A stretch of DNA of 64,000 nucleotides from positions 1,549,402-1,613,401 of the forward strand of contig CAVXEJ010000004.1 in the NCBI GenBank assembly GCA_963760815.1, written 5' to 3'. Position numbers and translations under genes: made by a program. The DNA comes from an uncultured Actinomycetes bacterium (GTDB lineage: Bacteria; Actinomycetota; Thermoleophilia; Gaiellales; Gaiellaceae). The notes under the pieces are model-generated. The model worked only from the letters and a program-made list of their open reading frames with translations. It was not told the DNA's origin and made no database searches. Of this stretch, positions 59,201 to 64,000 are shown piece by piece. The first letter of the stretch is position 1; each line of letters starts with the position of its first letter.

Positions 59201-59668
59201 GGCACGGTCGCCACGACGGACGCCACCTTCGCGTTCTCCAGCGAAGCAGGCGCGTCCTTCGAGTGCCGCCTCGACGGGACGGCCTTCGCCGCGTGCGCGT
59301 CCCCGGACGGCTTCACGGGGCTCGCCCAGGGCGCGCACTCGTTCCAGGTGCGGGCTACGGATACGGCCGGCAACACCTCGGCCGCCGCCTCCCGCGCGTG
59401 GAGCGTGGACACGACGGCGCCGAACACGACGATCACGGGTGGACCGCCGGCAAGGACGACGAACAAGACCGCGACGGTCAAGTTCAAGTCCACTGAGGCC
59501 AACTCGACCTTCAAATGCAAGCTCGACAAGGGCGCCTGGACGGCCTGCAAATCGCCGAAGACCTACCGCAACCTGAAGAAGGGCTCGCACACGTTCCAGG
59601 TCGCCGCGACCGACAAGGCCGGCAACGCCGACAAGACGCCGGCCAAGAGGACCTGGACGATTACTTAG
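56294..59668 (+). CDS. Secreted S8 subtilase paralogue 3 (1124 aa) with 6 Ig-like modules
   Basis: VAVIDSGV, HGTHVAGTIGA, AAGNGG, GTSMAAPHVAG. Signal peptide MSRMARRRTALLTLVTTSALIVAVAG. Intact frame. Confidence 0.9.
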   Translation: MSRMARRRTALLTLVTTSALIVAVAGSSARALASASAAPALSSSAPALVHGALFNGAEIVPNQVIVRFAAGTSSAGRRAAVRAEGAAIAEPLSLPRTELVELADGTSVEDAIAAFEENPDVTYAEPNYVSQLSAIPNDTNFAQLWGLNQVSDKDIDAPEAWDLTTGNSSIIVAVIDSGVAYDHPDLAANIWTNDDPAGGGDQDGNGFVDDTNGWDFVANDNAPLDANEHGTHVAGTIGARGNNALGVTGVNWQASIMPLRAGNASGSLTDAAIIDAIVYACANGARVVNGSFGGGGFSQATLNAIDSVACANTLFVFAAGNGGSDGIGDNNDTTPEYPCNYNTTRIVCVAATDQNDARAFFSNFGATNVDLAAPGVGIFSSMPTFVNVLSDGFEDTPTLFNTRWGGQAAPTGHPLWGPQNFVYAGGGAFSLSDSPAGNYSANTDTHIRSLTGSNLSGRAGCSLGYNMHLATEPLLDGVTIEASTAFAGTYTDVSQGGWSGTTGPFFFGFQEDLGAFDGQASVFLRFRLRSNGTNQFDGAHIDDISLNCVTTPSAPGNYQNLTGTSMAAPHVAGAAALVLARNPALTTAQVRTILLSTVDPIAGLSVASGGRLNVGSAVAAVDVVAPQTTIDTGPSGPTNDSTPTFTFSSSEPGTFQCRVDASAFAACTSPHTTAVLADGAHTFEVRATDLAANTDPTPASRTFTVDTAVQTQIDSGPSGLTNDSTPTFAFSSEPGATFECRVDTGSFAACTSPHTTSELVDGPHTFDVRATDLDGNTDPTPATRSFTVDTTPAQTQIDSGPSGPTNDSTPTFTFSSEAGATFQCRSDGEPFAACTSPHTTSILGEGAHTFDVRATDQAANTDPTPANRSFTVDTVVQTQIDSGPSGLTNDSTPTFTFSSEAGATFQCRTDADPFAACSSPHTTSILAEGARTFEVRATDPAGNTDPTPASRSVTVDTTPPPIPAIVGPGGTVATTDATFAFSSEAGASFECRLDGTAFAACASPDGFTGLAQGAHSFQVRATDTAGNTSAAASRAWSVDTTAPNTTITGGPPARTTNKTATVKFKSTEANSTFKCKLDKGAWTACKSPKTYRNLKKGSHTFQVAATDKAGNADKTPAKRTWTIT
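58154..59665 (+). repeat. Array of 6 tandem Ig-like coding repeats, last unit Lys-rich
   Basis: FQCRVDASAFAAC, FECRVDTGSFAAC, FQCRSDGEPFAAC, FQCRTDADPFAAC, FECRLDGTAFAAC, FKCKLDKGAWTAC. Confidence 0.9.
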
Positions 59669-61313
59669 CCGAACGTGAAGGCGTAGGCCTCGACGCCGGG
59701 CGAGAAGCGCAGCTCGAGCAGATGCTCGCCGGCCTCGGGGAGATCGGTCAGGCGGTACAGGTCGTCCTCCTTCACGGTGACCGTCTTCACCGGCTTGCCG
59801 TCGAGGAGCACCTGCACCGTGCCGGGCTTGCCGTCGGTGCCGAGCACGAGGTTCGCGTTCGCCGCCCAGTAGCGCAGCCGCAGCTTCGCGCCCTCGCCCG
59901 CGACGATGCGCTCGCCCTCGACCGTCCACGCGCCTGCGTACGAGACGCCGTTCTCCGGGATCGTCTCGGCGAACTGGTAGTCGGTCAGGCGGTTGGCCGT
60001 GATGGGACTGCCGTAGTAGCCCTGGAGCCGCTCGGCGCCGAGGTAGGTCTCGGGCGTCTGCACGTCGCCCGGCGCCTCGGCATCCACGTCGTTGGAGACG
60101 AGCGCCGGCAGATCGTCCTCGGCGAGCAGCGTGCGGATCGCCTCCTCCGTCTTTGCGTACTCGCCCTCGCCGAAGTGCGCGAAGCGGATGCGCCCGGAAC
60201 GGTCGACCAGGTACTTCGCGGGCCAGTACCGGTTCTGCCACGCCTCCCACGTCCCGAAGTCGGGATCGAGCGCGACCGGGTAGGCGAGGCCGAGCCGCCG
60301 CACGGCGCTCTCGACGTTCGACTTCTCCCGCTCGAAGGCGAACTCGGGCGTGTGCACGCCGACGATCACGAGCCCCTTGTCGCGGTACGTCTCGTCCCAC
60401 TTCTTGATGTACGGCAGCGTGCGCAGGCAGTTGATGCACGAGTACGTCCAGAAGTCGATGAGGACGACCTTGCCCTTGAGCTCCTTCATGGTCAGCGGGT
60501 CGCTGTTCAGCCACGCCTCGATCCCCGCGAACTCGGGCGCGGGTCCGCCGTCGCCGAGCTCGTCGCCCTCCGCGGCCACCTCGGCGCGGCCCGGGAACGA
60601 TGCTGTCGAGCCGGTCCTGCACGTCGTCCGAGTTCTCGAGCTTCTGGAGCGCGCGCGTGTACTCCGGGCAGGTTCGTCTGCAGGCGCGTGTCCACGTTGA
60701 AGGCCATGAGGATCGCGACGACGAGCACGGCCCCGCCGAGCGCGCGGCGGATCATCGGGCGCGGCGGTCTTGAACCGCGGCATCGCGAGCCCTCGGCGGC
60801 CGGCGATCGCGAACCCGAGCAGGACGAGACCCGGCGCCGAGCGCGTACGCCAGCGTGATCAGCACCGCGTCGAGGGAGAGATCCTGCGTCGCGGCCACGG
60901 TCGCGACCGCGCCGATGACGGGCCCCGCGCACGGGGTGAAGACGAGTCCCGAGGCAGACGCCGAGCAGAAAGCCACCGCCGGCCCGGCGCGAGTCGAGCC
61001 GGGAGAAGCGCGCGAACGGCCGCTCGAACGCCTGGCCGAGCCGCGGCCAGAGCAGCGAGAGCCCGACGAGCGCGACCACGACGATCGCGATGTTCCGCAG
61101 CAGGTCGTCCGGCAGGTGGAGCGCCGAGAGCAGCGCGGTCGCGGTCAGCGTGAAGATCGTGAAGCTGACGACGAGCCCGGCGACGATCGCGTACGGCTGC
61201 CGCTCGTTCCCGGTCGTGCCGCCCGCGAGGATCACCGGAAGCACCGGCAGCACGCACGGCGAGAGCGCCGTGACGATCCCGGCGACAAACGCGACTGCGA
61301 GGAGAAGTAGCAT
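59665..61313 (-). pseudogene. dipZ: DipZ-type protein (CcdA membrane domain + thioredoxin-like domain + C-terminal beta domain) interrupted by about 5 frameshifts between 60590 and 60960
   Basis: CcdA part: LSPCVLPVLPVILAG / GLVFTPCAGPVIGAV. Trx part: VVLIDFWTYSCINCLRTLP. The parts are spread over frames of ORFs 60507..61313, 60752..60976, 59665..60783 and 58799..60622. May be an assembly artefact. Confidence 0.75.
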
Positions 61314-61388
61314 CGGCCCGCTCCAAGCGTAGTGCCCTCGATCGAGGGTCTCGCAAATCAGCCGTTGCCGCAGCCGGATCGTGGAGCG

Positions 61389-63146
61389 TCAGCGCTTCAG
61401 CCTGACCGTCACGGTCCTGTTCACCCGCCGTGCGATCCCGACCGGATCCTTTGCATTGAGCGTCAGACGGAGCGAAAGCTTCCCCTGACGCCCGAGGAGG
61501 CTGCGCGCCCCCTTCGGGAGGCTCAGCTTCACGGTGAGTCCGGCGTGGGCCTTGACGCGGACCGCCCCGGTCTTCAGGACGACGCGGCGGCCGAGCACGC
61601 GGCCCGAGAGCTTCCCCGTCACGACGAACTCGTTCCGGTTCGTGATCTGGACCCTGAGCGGCCCCCGGCCGGGCACGCGCTTGGCGGCGAGCACGAGCCT
61701 GATCTGCGTCTTCGGGCCGAAATGCGTCCCGAGCCGGTGACCGTAGATCTCCACCTCTCCACCGAGCGGCTTCGCGGTCAGACCGTCGGCCGCCCAGGCG
61801 ACGAAGAGCTGGTTCCCCTTCGAGCCGGCGGCCATGCTCGGCGTCGCCGTCTGGGCCAGCGAGCTGTTCTCCGGCCCCATGTGGGAGATGCGGAAGTCGT
61901 CCTGGCCGACCGCCATGCCCGCCGCGCTCAGGCGCTGGCCGAAGATCTCGAACTCGGCGCTCGAGGCCAGAGTCTTCTCGTCGCTGCCGTTCCAGACGAC
62001 CACGTACTCGCCCGTGGGGCTCGCGGCGACACTCGGGGTGAAGCCCTGTCGGTGCACGGAGTCGAACGTGGTGTCCATCTCGGAAATCTGAAAGTCGTCC
62101 GCGCCGGTCTGCGCGCCGGCGGCAGTCAGCCGCTGCCCGTGGATCTCGAGCTGCTGCTCGGGGTTTTGGTCGTGGTCCCAGGCCCACACCACGAGGTAGT
62201 CCCCCGTCTTCGGATTGGCGGCGACGGACGGAGTGAAGGACGAGACGAGCAGCGTGTATCCGAGCTCCGAGATCTGGAAGTCGTTCCCGCCCACCTCGGC
62301 GCCCTGCGCCGACAACCGCTGGGCCCAGATCTCGAACACGTCGCTCGTGCCGATCTCTCCCTCCCATGCGACCAGGAACTCGTTCGTGACCGGGTTGTAC
62401 GCGACGCTCGGCTCGAAGGCGTCCGAGTCGGGATTCCCGTCCGCGCCCTGCTCGGAGACGCGGAAGTCGTTCGCGCCCGTCGGCGCACCGGCGGCGTCGA
62501 GCCGCTGACCCATGATCTCGAACTCGTTGTCCACGCCCAGGTCGTCGGCCTCCCAGACGACCAGGTACTCGCCGGTCGTCGCGTCGGCGGCGATGCTCGG
62601 GTGGAACGCGTCGTAGCTGTTGCTGTCCGCGAGGCCTGTGTCGGAGATCTGGATGTCGTCGCTTCCGCCGAGCTTCTCGCCTGCGACCGAGATCCGCCGG
62701 CCCCAGATCTCGACCTTCTCGCCGAACGGGTCGGTCGTGGCGATCCGGCCCTGCCACACGACGAGGTACTCGTCCGCGACGGGGTTGTAGGCGACGGCCG
62801 GTTCACTCGCGCGCCAGCCCGGACTCCCGTCCGGGCCCTGCGCGGACACCCGGACGCGGCCGCCGAGCGGCGCTCCGGTTCCCGAGAGCCGCTGGGCGAA
62901 GATCTCGAGCTCCTCGTCCACGAGGGGCGGTGTGTCGTCGTCGCCGACCCAGACGACGAGGTACTCGTTCGCGTGCGGGTTGTAGGCGACGCGCGGCCGG
63001 TGGGCGTCATACGTCGTGGCGCCGTCGGGCCCCATGTGCGTGAGCCGCTGGTCTCGGCCGACGGGGCCGAACGCGGCCTGCGCCCCGGGAGCCCCGAGCG
63101 CCGCTCCGACCGTCGCGAGCACGAGGATGGCGATGGCCCGCCTCAC
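61389..63146 (-). CDS. Secreted protein with seven ~55-aa repeats (propeller-like) and a basic C-terminal beta domain
   Basis: GTG start gives VRRAIAILVLATVGAALGAPGAQA (signal peptide). 7 x [P.VA.NP...EYLVVW....(6-15)..EI.GQRL...G...G.DF.IS]. Tail RVQITNRNEFVVTGKLSG...VTVRLKR. Confidence 0.7.
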   Translation of the reverse strand: MRRAIAILVLATVGAALGAPGAQAAFGPVGRDQRLTHMGPDGATTYDAHRPRVAYNPHANEYLVVWVGDDDTPPLVDEELEIFAQRLSGTGAPLGGRVRVSAQGPDGSPGWRASEPAVAYNPVADEYLVVWQGRIATTDPFGEKVEIWGRRISVAGEKLGGSDDIQISDTGLADSNSYDAFHPSIAADATTGEYLVVWEADDLGVDNEFEIMGQRLDAAGAPTGANDFRVSEQGADGNPDSDAFEPSVAYNPVTNEFLVAWEGEIGTSDVFEIWAQRLSAQGAEVGGNDFQISELGYTLLVSSFTPSVAANPKTGDYLVVWAWDHDQNPEQQLEIHGQRLTAAGAQTGADDFQISEMDTTFDSVHRQGFTPSVAASPTGEYVVVWNGSDEKTLASSAEFEIFGQRLSAAGMAVGQDDFRISHMGPENSSLAQTATPSMAAGSKGNQLFVAWAADGLTAKPLGGEVEIYGHRLGTHFGPKTQIRLVLAAKRVPGRGPLRVQITNRNEFVVTGKLSGRVLGRRVVLKTGAVRVKAHAGLTVKLSLPKGARSLLGRQGKLSLRLTLNAKDPVGIARRVNRTVTVRLKR

Positions 63147-63352
63147 GTCTCGTGCCTCTCGGACACGATCGCCTCGACGACGCGGATCGGCTCGAGGCCG
63201 GCCTGCTCCGCCGCGAGCCTGGCGTCGCCGCACGAATGCGCATCGAAGACGAAGAAGCAGAGCTCATCCTCGGGGACGTGGATCGAGGGCGATGCGGCGC
63301 TGGACGGCGCCTGGCCGTGCGCGAGGTAGGTCTCGACGAGGTAGCTGGGCAT
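63143..63352 (-). CDS. Small 69-aa protein, possibly DUF4242-like; GTGA-coupled to the repeat protein
   Basis: MPSYLVETYLAHG...EDELCFFVFDAHSCGDARLAAEQAGLEPIRVVEAI is reminiscent of DUF4242 (MPxYxVER...CxYEAPSxEA...AGLPxDxIxEV). Weak. Confidence 0.4.
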   Translation of the reverse strand: MPSYLVETYLAHGQAPSSAASPSIHVPEDELCFFVFDAHSCGDARLAAEQAGLEPIRVVEAIVSERHET

Positions 63353-63410
63353 GCGTTCGACGGTAGGCCTGCCCGGAGGCCTTGGAAACGTCAGAACGTC
63401 TGAACCTTGC

Positions 63411-64000
63411 TACCGGTCGTTCAGCTTGCGCGCGAGCTCGGTGCGCGAACGCACGCCGAGCTTGGCGTAGATGCGCGTGAGGTGGCTCGCCACCGTCCGC
63501 TCGCCGAGGAAGAGCGCGGAGGCTACCTCCCGGTTCGTCCGGCCCTCGGCGACGAGCTTCGCGACCCGGCGCTCGGCGTCGGTCAGCCCCTCCTCTCGGG
63601 TGCGTCCGCCGATCCGTCCGAGCTCCGCGCGCGCCTGCGCAGCCCAGTACGTCGGCTCCGATCGCCTCGAAATCCTGAAGGGCCGCCTCGATCGCCTCGC
63701 GCGCCGGCCGTTTCTGACGGGCGCGGCGTCGGACGATTCCCACCGCGAGCAGGGCCCGGGCGCGGCCGAACGGGTCTCCAGCCGCCTCGTGCGCTGCGGC
63801 CGCTCCTTCGACGAGCGTCAGGGCGTCGCCGATGTCGCCGCGTGCGGCGGCCACGAGTCCACGGCACCGCGCAACGTGGGCAAGCACCCAGTTTCGACCG
63901 AGCCGGCTCGCGTCCACTTCCCAGGCGTCGAGAACAACGACCGCGTCGTCGATCCGGTCGAGCTGGAGCAACACCTCGACGAAGTCGGCGGTCCACCACC
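63411..64000 (-). CDS. LuxR-family (large ATP-binding/TPR, MalT-like) transcriptional regulator, C-terminal part; runs off the window end; apparent frameshift near 63655
   Basis: TPR-like helices in the ORF 63264..63974 frame. The shifted frame gives LTDAERRVAKLVAEGRTNREVASALFLGERTVASHLTRIYAKLGVRSRTELARKLNDR, stop at 63411. Confidence 0.75.

Noticed and set aside
48841-59665. Regularly spaced ~250-nt repeats that might be mistaken for a CRISPR-like or satellite array.
   Set aside because: The repeat units are contiguous with no unique spacers. They are in frame and encode a conserved protein module with paired Cys, so they are coding domain repeats. No CRISPR array or cas gene was seen anywhere in the window.
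60590-60960. Programmed ribosomal frameshifting in dipZ.
   Set aside because: There are five shifts within ~370 nt, without slippery heptamers or downstream structures that I could see. Sequencing error or genuine decay is far more likely.

Overview
High-GC (~70%) chromosomal window. Gene content and order look actinobacterial, possibly the Thermoleophilia/Rubrobacteria grade; this is inference from synteny and codon bias only, with no database search. All protein identities come from reading motifs in the supplied ORF translations.

Layout:
- 1-37.4 kb: almost entirely a minus-strand string of housekeeping operons, many joined by ATGA/GTGA overlaps. Order: lepA, murJ, holA-comEC-comEA, a MarP-like protease, leuS, an ECF sigma/anti-sigma pair, rsfS-nadD-obg-rpmA-rplU-rne, rodA-mrdA-mreDCB, maf-methyltransferase-ndk, folC-valS, clpX-clpP-tig. 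Five tRNA genes lie in the window.
- 37.4-45.3 kb: a tRNA-bounded, repeat-rich accessory stretch with a YihY-family protein, an enolase-superfamily-like protein, an MFS transporter with a MarR-like tail, acdS and pepT.
- 45.4-64 kb: an extracytoplasmic-protein neighbourhood. It holds a small RTX-like Ca-binding protein, an AI-2E transporter, three tandem S8 subtilases, a DipZ-type reductase, a seven-repeat propeller-like secreted protein, a small DUF4242-like ORF and a partial LuxR-type regulator.

Main findings:
1. The S8 triplet carries 16, 6 and 6 copies of a two-cysteine ~85-aa Ig-like module. Each array ends in a distinct Lys-rich terminal module, which also terminates an unrelated secreted propeller protein 45 kb away.
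2. A RAYT (IS200-like Y1 transposase) gene is flanked by inverted copies of a ~55-60 nt palindromic REP element. At least 9 copies of this element occur in the window.
3. A second, ~100-nt intergenic repeat family sits in the gaps between housekeeping genes.
4. An intrinsic terminator lies ~25 nt upstream of leuS.

Caveat: about 15 frameshifts, located at short G/C runs at the sites inspected, interrupt conserved and often essential genes. I read these as probable assembly indels, not decay. Affected genes are annotated over their full span.
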